DNA of 64,000 bases from an uncultured Candidatus Saccharibacteria bacterium (GCA_964512835.1 CAZELA010000003.1:88098-152097), one strand, 5' to 3'; positions 1-9,885 are shown, counted from the first letter of the stretch. Numbers and translations are program-made. The notes: a model not told the origin generated them from the sequence alone.

Positions 1-71
1 AGCTGGGTTCGAAGGCAACGGGCCCGACCGCACGAAGAATCGCGGAGCTCTGTCGCGAACACAACACCACC

Positions 72-1187
72 ATGGACGTCCGGCTCCACCTCACGAATAT
101 GGCGGATCCGCAGAGCACGATTGACACGAATGCCGACCTGAAGGAATTCGTACAGAGTCTCACCCGCGACATGACGACGAAGATCGTCTTTATGAACGCT
201 GCGGTGCTCGACTTCGACCCGAGCTTTCCGAACGCAGTTGTCGGCAAAGAAGCCGGCCGACTGCGCACTTCGGACAACTCCGGCAAGCTGATCGAGTACG
301 ACTACACGCTGCACCTCTCGCCGAGCGAAAAGATCGTGCGACTCATCCGCGCCGAACGGAAAGACATCTTTCTGGTGGCGTTCAAGCAGACCGACGGCGC
401 AAGTACCGACGAACAGTACCGCCTCGGGCTGAATATGCTGAAAGCGGCGAGCGCGAACCTCGTGCTTGCGAATGACCGCGCATCGAGGGTCAACATGATC
501 ATCGTGCCGGAAGAAGCCGCGTACCACGTCACGACCGACCGCGAAGCGGCGCTGCGCAGTCTCGTCGAAATGGCGTATCTGCGCAGCCACCTCACGTTCA
601 CCCGCTCGACAGTCGTTGCCGGAGAGCCCGTACCGTGGGAATCCGACATCGTACCTCCTGCACTGCGCGCAGTCGTTGATCACTGCATCGATCGCGGCGC
701 GTACAAAACGTTCCGCGGTGTGACCGCAGGTCACTTTGCGGTGAAGGTCGACGACACGACGTTCCTGACGTCGCGTCGCAAGACAGACTTCAACGACATG
801 AAGCGCGTCGGTCTGGTGAAGGTTCGCACTGACGGACCGGACTCCGTCATCGCCTACGGCTCGAAGCCGTCGGTGGGCGGACAGTCGCAGCGGATCGTGT
901 TCGAAGAGCATCCTGGTGCGGACTGCATCGTGCACTTCCACTGCCCCAAGAAAGCAGGCTCGGAGGTACCGACGGTCTCGCAGCGCGAATACGAATGCGG
1001 CAGCCATGAGTGCGGTCGCAATACGTCGCGCGGACTGAAGCGCTTCGGCAACCTGCTCGCGGTGTATCTCGATGAGCACGGACCGAACATCGTGTTCAAT
1101 GCGTCGATTAATCCGAAGGAAGTGATCGACTTCATCGAAGCGAACTTCATGCTCGAGGACAAAACGGGCGGATACGCGATCGTGTAA
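72..1187 (+). CDS. Two-domain protein. C-terminal half is class II aldolase/adducin-like; N-terminal half is uncharacterised.
   Basis: C-terminal region (GVTAGHFAVKVDDTTFLTSRRKTD...GSKPSVGGQ...CIVHFHCP) follows the class II aldolase pattern (G-x-G-N-x-S-x-R ... PS-E ... H-x-H). No in-frame stop between window start and the first ATG and no SD motif, so the true start may lie upstream of the window. Confidence 0.5.
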   Translation: MDVRLHLTNMADPQSTIDTNADLKEFVQSLTRDMTTKIVFMNAAVLDFDPSFPNAVVGKEAGRLRTSDNSGKLIEYDYTLHLSPSEKIVRLIRAERKDIFLVAFKQTDGASTDEQYRLGLNMLKAASANLVLANDRASRVNMIIVPEEAAYHVTTDREAALRSLVEMAYLRSHLTFTRSTVVAGEPVPWESDIVPPALRAVVDHCIDRGAYKTFRGVTAGHFAVKVDDTTFLTSRRKTDFNDMKRVGLVKVRTDGPDSVIAYGSKPSVGGQSQRIVFEEHPGADCIVHFHCPKKAGSEVPTVSQREYECGSHECGRNTSRGLKRFGNLLAVYLDEHGPNIVFNASINPKEVIDFIEANFMLEDKTGGYAIV

Positions 1188-1241
1188 ATGTTTCGCCGCG
1201 GCCCACGGGCCGCGGCGTTTCTCTTTTGAGAGGAGGATGCA

Positions 1242-1727
1242 ATGAACATCGAATCAAAACGTATCCCGTTCACTGACCCTGCCGCAATCTGCGGCATGTC
1301 GACCGGAGACGAGTGGAGTGCATGGGGCACGCCGAAGCTCGTCACGAGCGACGCGGTCGCGGCATTCGGCATAGTCACTGACAACCATCAGTGGATCCAC
1401 GAAGACCCGGAGCGGTGTGCGCGGGAGAGTCCGTATGGTCGACAGATCGTACACGGACTGCTCCTCGTCGCCCTGATTCCGTCGCTCCTTCCGAACGAGG
1501 GATTTTCCGTATCCGGGAACCGCGTTCGCATCGTTCGCGGCTTCGACCATCTGCGACTGCCGTCCCCGGCGTATCCGGACGAATTCGTGCGCGCTCGCGT
1601 GCGCCGGATGCATGCCTATCCCGCAGACAGCGGTAAGGGCACGGTCGTTGAACGAGACATCGAAGTATGGACGCTTCACGGCGACAAACCGGCAGCCTGC
1701 GGGATCCTGAAACTGCAATACTTTTGA
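1242..1727 (+). CDS. MaoC-like hot-dog fold dehydratase / (R)-specific enoyl-CoA hydratase
   Basis: SD GAGAGGAGG 6-14 nt upstream of ATG. Motif ...TDNHQWIHEDPERCARESPYGRQIVHGLLL... is typical of the MaoC dehydratase domain. Confidence 0.7.
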   Translation: MNIESKRIPFTDPAAICGMSTGDEWSAWGTPKLVTSDAVAAFGIVTDNHQWIHEDPERCARESPYGRQIVHGLLLVALIPSLLPNEGFSVSGNRVRIVRGFDHLRLPSPAYPDEFVRARVRRMHAYPADSGKGTVVERDIEVWTLHGDKPAACGILKLQYF

Positions 1728-1791
1728 ACCACGAAGGGCGCGACATTGCGCCCTTTTCTTTTTTTATGGGAAAGAATGGTACAGTTTTTTT

Positions 1792-2262
1792 ATGGATCCG
1801 CTCATCATATTCGGCGCAAAATATCTCATCGTCGCATCGGTGCTTATCACACTCACGCTTGTCGGCGTGGTTCCGCATAAAGAGCGCGTCCGTTTTGTGA
1901 TGCTATTGATCATCTCGCTCCCTATCGCATATATCCTCGCGAAGATAGCGGGTCATATCTACTGGAACGACCGCCCCTTCGTCGTCGGAAACTTCACGCC
2001 GCTCGTCGAGCACGGTGTTGATAACGGCTTCCCTTCTGATCACACATTACTCGCCTCGTCGCTCGCGGCTGTCGTCACGATTGTTCGTCCCCGCATCGGT
2101 GCGCTGCTATGGGTATTCGCGGCAATTATCGGCATCTCCCGTGTACTTGCCGGCGTACATCACGCACTCGATATCATAGGCGCGATGGTTATCGCTGCAG
2201 CTGCGGTGTACACAACGTACACACTTTTGAAAATGCGATTGCCTCGTGCGCTCAGAAATTAG
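1792..2262 (+). CDS. PAP2 family membrane phosphatase (undecaprenyl-diphosphatase-like)
   Basis: Four TM segments. PAP2 signature PSDHT ... SRVLAGVHHALD. Confidence 0.7.
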   Translation: MDPLIIFGAKYLIVASVLITLTLVGVVPHKERVRFVMLLIISLPIAYILAKIAGHIYWNDRPFVVGNFTPLVEHGVDNGFPSDHTLLASSLAAVVTIVRPRIGALLWVFAAIIGISRVLAGVHHALDIIGAMVIAAAAVYTTYTLLKMRLPRALRN

Positions 2263-4013
2263 AGTGCGATCTGTACGACCACTGAGTCAGTGATATGTGC
2301 CCCGTTCGGTGCGATGCACGAAATGGTGAATGTAGTCGACTGAGTGAGCGGCACCGTTGATGCGCCACCCTTGAGGGTTGTCTGGGTAAAGCTCCCGTCC
2401 GGTGATGTTTCGATGCAGTCTGTAACACCCTGCGTGTTCCAGAAAATCGAGGTTCGGGCCCCAAGCGGTACGGTCGTGGGAGACGCCCAAATATCTACTT
2501 TTGCATTCAGTGGCTGTGCCGTTGTTGTTGTGGCCTTCGCCGGTGTCGTTTTGGTTCCGCCGACGGTCGTCTTGGTAACGACCGGCTGCGTGGCGGGTGT
2601 CGTTGTCTTTGTGGTCACGACAGGTGCCGTGCTCGGACCGACCGCGTAGCCGCGCCACGTGCACAAAGAGTCAAAGAACGACGGCGGAATAATGTATGAG
2701 AGGAAATTCTTTGACCACGGACGATTCGTGCACATCTTCGCAACCGCACTTGTGCCGCTGGTGGAATTGGTCCCGAAGAAACCGGCGACTTCGGTCTTTC
2801 CTTCGCGCACACCCGCGATAATAGTTGTGCCGTTGGAGAGAATCTTTACGTCGCCGTACGCTCCCGGTGGGAGGTTTTTCGCAACGATCGACTGCACGAT
2901 CGACTGCGGTGAGTTGAAGTTGAGCGATGCACCGGCGTCGTTCGTGCCGCCGGTCGAGGCTGAAATACCGGTCGAACCGTTACCAAGCGAAGCGCTTCCG
3001 CCGGTAGAGACTGAGCCCCCGCTTACACTGCCTGAGTTATTCAAGTTGGTCAGCGGTGTCGTAAACAGCGGCGCGCTCGTATTCGAATTGGTACCGCCGG
3101 TACCCGTGGTAACGCCGGTCACGTTCGTGCTTGAGCCGCCGTTCGTGCCACCCGTTCCCCCGTTGCCGCAGGCGCTCGCACTTCCGCCGGTGCCGGTTGT
3201 TCCGCCGACACAATCCTGCCCGTTGTTCGGTGTCGGGTTCGTACCGGCTGCGATCGTCAGGTTCACGCCGCCACGAATGTCGCCGGTTGAAGCGATCTTC
3301 AGACGTGCCGCAAACGTTCCGGCCGCTGAGTATGTATGGTCTACCGTCTCTTGAATGCTACGGCATCCGTCTTCCGCGTGAACGGGCACGTTGTATTTCG
3401 CGCCGTCTGCGTAGTCGAGCTCAAGCTCCGGCGTATTGCAGCCTGTCGTACCGTTGGTGTACGCAAACGTAACTTTAAGCGGTGTTTCCCCTTCGGTCGG
3501 ATTTGCAACGAGACCGCCCGACGGATCGGTCTGATTCTCCTTGCTCGTGGGATCGCTCGCGGGATTATAGAAGTAACACATGGGGTTACCCTCGGCCATC
3601 GCACGATCGCCCGTCGGCTGCATGGTGGTACACATGCCGGTATTCGGGTCCGTCGGCGAACCGCCGCCACCCCCGCCGTCTTTACCCTTAAGGGCCTCCA
3701 TTAACTTACCGAGCATTTCGCCGAGCTTCGACATACCCTGGTCGAGTTTGCCGTCACTTGTGCCTGTTGCCTCACATTTGTTTGTAGCAACACACTTCCC
3801 CATAGTGACGAACCCGTTCGTCGTATCAAAACACGGGCATAAGTATTTGTTTGCTCCTGGCTCGCATCCTTTCTTACCCATTTTTTGACCGCATGGGCAT
3901 GGTGGATCAGCGGGAATACACATCGCGTCTGCGGCAGTACCCATCGCACTCGAGACAAACGGCAAACACAGGAGAACCGTTGCAAGTACAAATGCAACAC
4001 GTGTACGCGTCAT
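2259..4013 (-). CDS. Secreted Cys-rich protein with a long Gly/Thr/Ser/Asn low-complexity region (adhesin or surface-layer-like)
   Basis: N-terminal signal peptide MTRTRVAFVLATVLLCLPFVSSA, then a cysteine-rich module (CIPADPPCPCGQKMGKKGCEPGANKYLCPCF...) and about 150 aa of G/T/S/N repeats. Converges on the PAP2 gene with a 4-nt overlap. Confidence 0.6.
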   Translation of the reverse strand: MTRTRVAFVLATVLLCLPFVSSAMGTAADAMCIPADPPCPCGQKMGKKGCEPGANKYLCPCFDTTNGFVTMGKCVATNKCEATGTSDGKLDQGMSKLGEMLGKLMEALKGKDGGGGGGSPTDPNTGMCTTMQPTGDRAMAEGNPMCYFYNPASDPTSKENQTDPSGGLVANPTEGETPLKVTFAYTNGTTGCNTPELELDYADGAKYNVPVHAEDGCRSIQETVDHTYSAAGTFAARLKIASTGDIRGGVNLTIAAGTNPTPNNGQDCVGGTTGTGGSASACGNGGTGGTNGGSSTNVTGVTTGTGGTNSNTSAPLFTTPLTNLNNSGSVSGGSVSTGGSASLGNGSTGISASTGGTNDAGASLNFNSPQSIVQSIVAKNLPPGAYGDVKILSNGTTIIAGVREGKTEVAGFFGTNSTSGTSAVAKMCTNRPWSKNFLSYIIPPSFFDSLCTWRGYAVGPSTAPVVTTKTTTPATQPVVTKTTVGGTKTTPAKATTTTAQPLNAKVDIWASPTTVPLGARTSIFWNTQGVTDCIETSPDGSFTQTTLKGGASTVPLTQSTTFTISCIAPNGAHITDSVVVQIAL

Positions 4014-4026
4014 GGACTAAATCGTA

Positions 4027-4656
4027 TCACACAGCCGACAATACAAAGTGCTCGAGTGCGTATTCGAGTTCAAAACCCTGGCGACGCGCTTCGTGCGGTA
4101 ACTCCGCGAGCATGGCAACAAGTTTGCGCGCACGAGCATCCGTCGGTCTGCGTAACAACGCATCCTTTGCCGCATAGAACAACATGCCGTGAACCGCTTC
4201 AGGCTTACTCCCCGCCTGCAGCTCTCGCTGGTATGCGACCCATAAATCTTTTTTCTTTCCGTCCTGCAACGGACGCACGACGCCAAATATGCTGTCCCGT
4301 GCTTTTGCTTTTACCGACTCAAACTTTTCGGACGACTCCGCGTATTTTTCAATCTGCTTTTTGGTCGCGGCATCGACCGCTGTCTCGTATATATAGTATG
4401 TATCCGACGCCGCTTTCAGGCTCGGTAGTCGATCGAGCACAATGCCGCGCATTTCGTCGTGCGTGAGCGTGCTGTCCAAGACCACCGTGCGCGCACCCCC
4501 GAACATCCCTCCGCCCATGAGTGCAGCCTCAAGGTCGGCAAGTGTGTGGGCATCGGTGATGCGGAACACATCGGTTCCCGCACCCGCTAGTTCGACAGCG
4601 GCATTCAGTTTTGCGCGCGCCGTGTCTCTGTCGGTACCGTAGTAGAGATACAACAT
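4027..4656 (-). CDS. Putative DNA polymerase III delta subunit (HolA-like, short form)
   Basis: N-terminus MLYLYYGTD...MFGGARTVVLD resembles the HolA start (iyLlyGed ... lFg.krlvvl). Sits immediately downstream of polA on the same strand. Only 209 aa, so the call is tentative. Confidence 0.45.
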   Translation of the reverse strand: MLYLYYGTDRDTARAKLNAAVELAGAGTDVFRITDAHTLADLEAALMGGGMFGGARTVVLDSTLTHDEMRGIVLDRLPSLKAASDTYYIYETAVDAATKKQIEKYAESSEKFESVKAKARDSIFGVVRPLQDGKKKDLWVAYQRELQAGSKPEAVHGMLFYAAKDALLRRPTDARARKLVAMLAELPHEARRQGFELEYALEHFVLSAV

Positions 4657-4659
4657 GGT

Positions 4660-7065
4660 TTAGCCGTGCTTCACTCGTTCGACGTTACCCCAGTTCGTGC
4701 CGACCGACATCTCGGCGATTATCGGAACACCGGAGAGCAGCGCAGGATCGACAACCTTCTCCATAACCTCGCGGATTGCCTCGCCGATCTCGAGCGCATC
4801 GTTCTCGTCGATCTCGTACACGAGTTCGTCGTGTACCTGCAGAAGCAGCTTCGCCTTTTCGCGCCACCCTCTTTGTTCGATCATTTCGTCGGCAACGACC
4901 ATCGCGCGCTTAATAATGTCGGCTTGCGTGCCCTGAATGGGCGCATTGATCGCCATGCGCTCGGCCTGCGCTTTGATGTTCGGCAGCGGCGATTGAAATC
5001 CGGGAAAGTATCGACGGCGGCCGTACAGAGTTTCCGTGAACCCCTGTCGCTGAGCCTCTGCTTTCGTTTTTTCTATGTAGCGCGCTACGCCGGCAAAATT
5101 CTTGAAGTATTCGGAAAGGAACGTGGCCGCCTCATCACGCGATATACCCTCACCCAAGTTCTGGCGAAGCGCGTTCACACCCATGCCGTAGAGTATGCCG
5201 AAGTTAATTACCTTGGCTCGACGACGCATCTCCTTGTCGACGTGCTCGGGCGGTACACCAAACACCTGTGCAGCTGTCGCGGCGTGCACGTCCTCTCCCC
5301 GTCGAAACACATCAGTGAGGATAGGATCACCGGAAAGCCCCGCGGCAATGCGAAGCTCAATCTGTGAGTAGTCGATTGCAACAAATTTTTTTCCCTTCGC
5401 AGCAACAAACCCCGTTCGGATACGACGACCGTTCTCGGTCTTAATGGGTATGTTCTGGAGATTCGGGTCTTGGCACGACATGCGGCCTGTTGCGGAACCG
5501 TTCTGAACGAACTCCGTGCGGAGTCGCCCGTCCTTTCCGACAAGCGCAGGCATCTTTTCTATGTACGTGCCGAGGAGTTTCTGGAGTTCGCGATAGGACA
5601 ATACATCCATGATGATCGGATGCTGGTCCGCCATCTTGAGCAGCTCTTCTTCCTTTGTGGTGCGCGCACCCGTCGCGGTTTTCTTTTGTTTTTCGGGTGT
5701 GATCTTCAGCTCGTCGTACAGCACGTCACCGAGTTGCTTCGGAGAGTTGATATTGAATTCGTGCCCCGCGTACCCGAATATTCGGAGTCCGATTTTGGAA
5801 AGCTCCGATGCGTATTCCCGCTCGAGCGACTTCATGTACTTCACGTCGAGCTCGATACCCGTGTCGTTCATTCGGTTCACGACCGCAATGAGCGGCTGCT
5901 CGATCTCCTTGAACACCAGGCCCAACCGGCCGGTAGACTCGAGCTGCTTAAAAATCACATCGTGTGCTTCGTCGAAGTTGTCTGTCTTTGCGAAGCTTAA
6001 GATGTCCTGCACGCTCGGCGACGTGAGGTCGCTCTTTAACAGCCACGCTGCGATACCGAGCTCTTTTACATCGTCTGCGGTTGCGACAACATCGCTCTCG
6101 CCCACTGTTTGCACCGTCGCCTCGGAAAGCCCGAGTGCACTCTTCAGTCGCTGTCGGATCGAATGAAATTCGTACTTCTCGAGGACCGGGCCGATCGTCT
6201 CGGCAAATTCCTTCATGTGGTAGTGGTTGGTCGGCAGTTTGAAACCGATCGGAAGATCGGTGTGAATTGTGGCAAGGTCTTTGGAAAATTCAGCCTGGCT
6301 CTGATTTGCTGCGACAAGTTCTACGTACTGGCGGCGCACTCCCGACTCTTTGGAGACAGCTTCGACTCCTTTCTTACGCAGCGCCTCGTAGATTTTTGGC
6401 AACCCGCCGTACTTAATGATGAGCTTGCTCGCACTTCCCGCGCCGACACCGGGAACCCCCGGAATATTGTCGGACGTATCACCCACGATACCCTTGTAGT
6501 CGATGACATACTCGGGACCGAAACCGTATTTATTAACAACCTCGGTCTCGTCGTAAATAACCGTATCTGAGATTCCGGTGCGGATCATGAATACGCGCGT
6601 ACGCGGCCCCACCAGTTGAAGCGTGTCGCTGTCGCCGGTTGCGATGATGGTTTCCAGATCACTGCGCTTACTTGTCTCGCGCGCAATGGTGCCGAGCATA
6701 TCGTCGGCTTCGTACCCGGGCTTTTCATATACCGGAATACCGAACGCTTCGAATATTTCGGGAGCCTGATTAAGTTGTGTGATGAGCGCATCGTCGATCT
6801 GTGCACGCGTAGCCTTGTACGATTCAAACGCTTCGTGACGAACAGTTTTTCCGGGCAGGTCACGTGTAGCAATGATGTAGTCAGGTTTCAGCGTGTCGCT
6901 GATCTTCAGCAACATGAGAATCAGACCATACAATGCCCCCGTCGGTTCACCGTTCGCTTTCGAAAACTCCGGTAGCGCATGATACGCGCGGTGGAGGATT
7001 GCGTGAGAGTCGAGCAGTACTACGCGAGTCGGTTTTCCGGCATCTTTCGGCAACTCCTTCCCCAT
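4660..7065 (-). CDS. polA: DNA polymerase I (5'-3' exonuclease + polymerase domains)
   Basis: 5'-3' exo motif RVVLLDSHAILHRAYHALPEF, 3'-5' exo-like linker, and polymerase motifs (RRRAKVINFGILYG, QVHDELV). Start chosen at MGKELP (ATG about 7063-7065, SD-like AAGGCGGTGG upstream). An earlier in-frame ATG (MAKKAAKK, 7158) would add a Lys-rich extension overlapping tsaE by 47 nt. Confidence 0.9.
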   Translation of the reverse strand: MGKELPKDAGKPTRVVLLDSHAILHRAYHALPEFSKANGEPTGALYGLILMLLKISDTLKPDYIIATRDLPGKTVRHEAFESYKATRAQIDDALITQLNQAPEIFEAFGIPVYEKPGYEADDMLGTIARETSKRSDLETIIATGDSDTLQLVGPRTRVFMIRTGISDTVIYDETEVVNKYGFGPEYVIDYKGIVGDTSDNIPGVPGVGAGSASKLIIKYGGLPKIYEALRKKGVEAVSKESGVRRQYVELVAANQSQAEFSKDLATIHTDLPIGFKLPTNHYHMKEFAETIGPVLEKYEFHSIRQRLKSALGLSEATVQTVGESDVVATADDVKELGIAAWLLKSDLTSPSVQDILSFAKTDNFDEAHDVIFKQLESTGRLGLVFKEIEQPLIAVVNRMNDTGIELDVKYMKSLEREYASELSKIGLRIFGYAGHEFNINSPKQLGDVLYDELKITPEKQKKTATGARTTKEEELLKMADQHPIIMDVLSYRELQKLLGTYIEKMPALVGKDGRLRTEFVQNGSATGRMSCQDPNLQNIPIKTENGRRIRTGFVAAKGKKFVAIDYSQIELRIAAGLSGDPILTDVFRRGEDVHAATAAQVFGVPPEHVDKEMRRRAKVINFGILYGMGVNALRQNLGEGISRDEAATFLSEYFKNFAGVARYIEKTKAEAQRQGFTETLYGRRRYFPGFQSPLPNIKAQAERMAINAPIQGTQADIIKRAMVVADEMIEQRGWREKAKLLLQVHDELVYEIDENDALEIGEAIREVMEKVVDPALLSGVPIIAEMSVGTNWGNVERVKHG

Positions 7066-7111
7066 CCTACCCACCGCCTTTCCCGGCTTTGCAGCTTTTT
7101 CAGATCGGGCT

Positions 7112-7576
7112 TTATCCGGTGCGTTCGAGACTGTTTTCTTTGCCGCTTTCTTTGCCATACGTGAATGTGATGATACGCCCCTCGCCCTCAATGTCGAATC
7201 GGATAGCGATCGCCGTATCGGGGATCGCGCCCGGAACGGCCTCAGGCCACTCGAGCACGATGAGATTGTGCGGATCTGCAATGATGTCGTTCCACCCGAT
7301 CGTGACGAGTTCCCGCATGTTTTTTAAGCGGTATGTATCGATGTGGATCAGTTTCTTGTACAACTGATCCTTGAGATCGTATGTTTTTTGAATTACGAAT
7401 GTGGGACTTGCGACCGTTTCGTCGACACCGAGGGCCTTCGCGATTCCCTTGGTAAACGTGGTCTTTCCGGCCCCAAGGCTTCCGGAGAGCGTGACAACCG
7501 TTGCCATCGCGCCGGGACGAAGCCCCGCCACGAAGTCCGCTGCCGCTTTCGGCATATCTGATTCAAGTACCTTCAT
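7112..7576 (-). CDS. tsaE: tRNA threonylcarbamoyladenosine biosynthesis protein TsaE (YjeE)
   Basis: P-loop GSLGAGKTTFTKGIAKALG ... SPTFVI is characteristic of the TsaE family. Confidence 0.8.
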   Translation of the reverse strand: MKVLESDMPKAAADFVAGLRPGAMATVVTLSGSLGAGKTTFTKGIAKALGVDETVASPTFVIQKTYDLKDQLYKKLIHIDTYRLKNMRELVTIGWNDIIADPHNLIVLEWPEAVPGAIPDTAIAIRFDIEGEGRIITFTYGKESGKENSLERTG

Positions 7577-7643
7577 CCGGTGATTCTACTCTTTCACGGT
7601 TCACGACGAAACTGGACTCGACAGTGCGATACAATATTCGTAC

Positions 7644-9335
7644 ATGACGACGTTCAACGAAAAGAAACAGGACGAACGCCTGCACGAACTGCGGCTCAAA
7701 GAAGAAGAGCAGCTTGCGGAAATGCTTGCCCATAAGTACAGCGTTGACTACGTGGACCTGACATCAAAATCCATCGACACCGACGCGCTCGGCTTGTTGC
7801 CCGAGGCGGATGCGCGAGCCGCGGAGGTCGCCGCGTTCAAACGAATCAACAAGCAAATCATGGTCGCCATGCGGAGTCCCGACCGACCCGACGCACTGAA
7901 ACAGTGCGAGGCGATCGAACACAAGGGTTATCAGGTGCGTCGCTTCATTGCCTCGCGGGCCTCGCTCGAACACGCGTGGGATCGTTACCACGACATTTCG
8001 TACGCTACACAAACCGAAGCGGGCGTGCTCACTCTTTCCAACGACACGATCCAGGAAATGCTGGGCAAGCTTCACACACTCGAGGACGTGAAGTCACAGA
8101 TCAACGAGAATACGTCGTCGAAGGACTCGCACCGTATCTCGCACGTTCTCGAAGTGCTGATGGCCGGCGCGCTCGCCCTCGGCGCCTCCGACGTACACCT
8201 CGAACCGCAAGATGATGCGGTCGGTATGCGATACCGCATGGACGGTGTACTGCTCCAGGTGATGATGTTTGATATTGCGACCTACGCGCTGATCTCGGCG
8301 CGACTAAAACTCCTCTCGGGCCTGAAGCTCAACATCAAGAACATGGCGCAGGACGGACGATTCTCGATCGTTGTCGGGGGCAAAGAGATTGAAATTCGTA
8401 CCTCGGTGCTACCGGGTGCGTATGCAGAAACGATCGTGATGCGTATTCTCGACCCGTCGACAATCGCGCTCCCGATGGAAGTCCTTGGGTTCGATAAATA
8501 CCTGATGGATATTTTCAAACACGAGATTGCCAAGCCGAACGGCATGATCCTGAACACCGGGCCGACCGGATCCGGAAAGACAACGACACTCTACGCGTTC
8601 TTGCGCGGTGTCCTCTCGTCTGAGATTAAGATCGTCACGATTGAAGACCCGATCGAATACCATTTGGCAGGTGTCGTACAGACACAGGTCTCAAAAGACT
8701 ACACATTTGCACAAGGCCTCCGCTCAACGCTTCGTCAGGACCCGGACGTAATCATGGTCGGCGAAATCCGAGACGGCGAGGTCGCCTCGACTGCGGTCAA
8801 CGCGTCGCTTACCGGCCACTTGGTATTCTCGACCCTTCACACCAACGACGCAGGCGGTACGTTCCCCCGACTGGTGGACATGGGTGTGTCTCCTGACATT
8901 TTGGGTGCCGCTGTTACCACAGCCATGGCCCAACGACTCGTGCGACGGCTCTGTCCGCATTGTCGCGAGGCTGTGCCGATTACCGGAGCGGATCGCGCGA
9001 CTATGGATAAACTGCTGAACAATATCCCGCACGCCGATGAGCTGCCGGAAAACAAAGACACCATGTGGAAGGCAAAGGGCTGCGACAAGTGCGGTGGTAT
9101 CGGCTACAAGGGGCGAATCGCCGTCGTGGAAGTCATTTTGATGGATAAGGAAGTAGAAGAATGTATCCGACACACATCGTCCGAGCGAGAGATATGGGCG
9201 GCGGCAAAGCATCAGCGCATCCGCCGCATGGCGCAAGACGGCGCGGTGAAGGTACTCCAGGGCATCACGACACTTGATGAGCTTTCGCGCGTGGTCGACC
9301 TCAACGATGAGGTCATGCTCTCTACTATTGAATAG
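7644..9335 (+). CDS. pilB: Type IV pilus / type II secretion assembly ATPase (PilB/GspE family)
   Basis: T2SSE N-terminal domain, Walker A GPTGSGKTTTLYA, Asp box, His box and Cys tetrad (CPHC ... CDKCGGIGYKGR). No pilC or pilM neighbour in the window. Confidence 0.85.
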   Translation: MTTFNEKKQDERLHELRLKEEEQLAEMLAHKYSVDYVDLTSKSIDTDALGLLPEADARAAEVAAFKRINKQIMVAMRSPDRPDALKQCEAIEHKGYQVRRFIASRASLEHAWDRYHDISYATQTEAGVLTLSNDTIQEMLGKLHTLEDVKSQINENTSSKDSHRISHVLEVLMAGALALGASDVHLEPQDDAVGMRYRMDGVLLQVMMFDIATYALISARLKLLSGLKLNIKNMAQDGRFSIVVGGKEIEIRTSVLPGAYAETIVMRILDPSTIALPMEVLGFDKYLMDIFKHEIAKPNGMILNTGPTGSGKTTTLYAFLRGVLSSEIKIVTIEDPIEYHLAGVVQTQVSKDYTFAQGLRSTLRQDPDVIMVGEIRDGEVASTAVNASLTGHLVFSTLHTNDAGGTFPRLVDMGVSPDILGAAVTTAMAQRLVRRLCPHCREAVPITGADRATMDKLLNNIPHADELPENKDTMWKAKGCDKCGGIGYKGRIAVVEVILMDKEVEECIRHTSSEREIWAAAKHQRIRRMAQDGAVKVLQGITTLDELSRVVDLNDEVMLSTIE

Positions 9336-9414
9336 TCCGTCCACGCGGCGCTCTTGACCGGGCCCGCGCTCGGGCGTACTACTATCTGCGGACAACCCCA
9401 GCTGGAGCAAGACG

Positions 9415-9762
9415 ATGCGACATGTGATTCCCCCGAATGACGCACACGTGCTTTCGTGTGCAGATCGTGCCCGTATGGGCTTCGATCGCCTTTCACGACG
9501 GTTCGGCCGCGCAGCCACACTGCAGGCCGCGCGCACGCCCCATCTCGATATCGACGATTCGCGCAAGTGCATGGTCGCTATCGCGAGCGGCACGGGCAGC
9601 TACGAGCAGGGCTGCAAGATGTTGGGCATCCAGAAAGACGGCGTCGAAGCAGTCATGCTCGGATTCTGGATGACAAATGACGGCGGTCCCGACTACGATG
9701 CGTACCAGCAAGAGTCGCTCGACCTGCGCGACGAATTCCGCGCGCTCGCCTACGCGGCGTAG
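9415..9762 (+). CDS. hypothetical protein
   Basis: ORF with GGAGCA SD-like motif upstream, followed by a strong hairpin plus T-run terminator (about 9785-9813). The antisense ORF 9493-10140 has arginine/histidine-rich shadow composition. Confidence 0.4.
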   Translation: MRHVIPPNDAHVLSCADRARMGFDRLSRRFGRAATLQAARTPHLDIDDSRKCMVAIASGTGSYEQGCKMLGIQKDGVEAVMLGFWMTNDGGPDYDAYQQESLDLRDEFRALAYAA

Positions 9763-9784
9763 CCGGACAAACAGCACTCTGTAT

Positions 9785-9813
9785 AAAGGCGCCGTGTATC
9801 GGCGCCTTTTGCT
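9785..9813 (+). terminator. Rho-independent terminator
   Basis: AAAGGCGCCG-TGTAT-CGGCGCCTTTTGCTTT. Confidence 0.7.
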
Positions 9814-9885
9814 TTCGATGTGAGCGCTGCAGGTTTCATTGACACCATAGAGCAGTTTGTGTACGACGTATGCAGGAGGTGGCAC

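Noticed and set aside
8724-9593. 289-aa minus-strand ORF inside pilB
   Set aside because: Antisense to a well-supported, motif-rich PilB reading frame, with non-protein-like composition.
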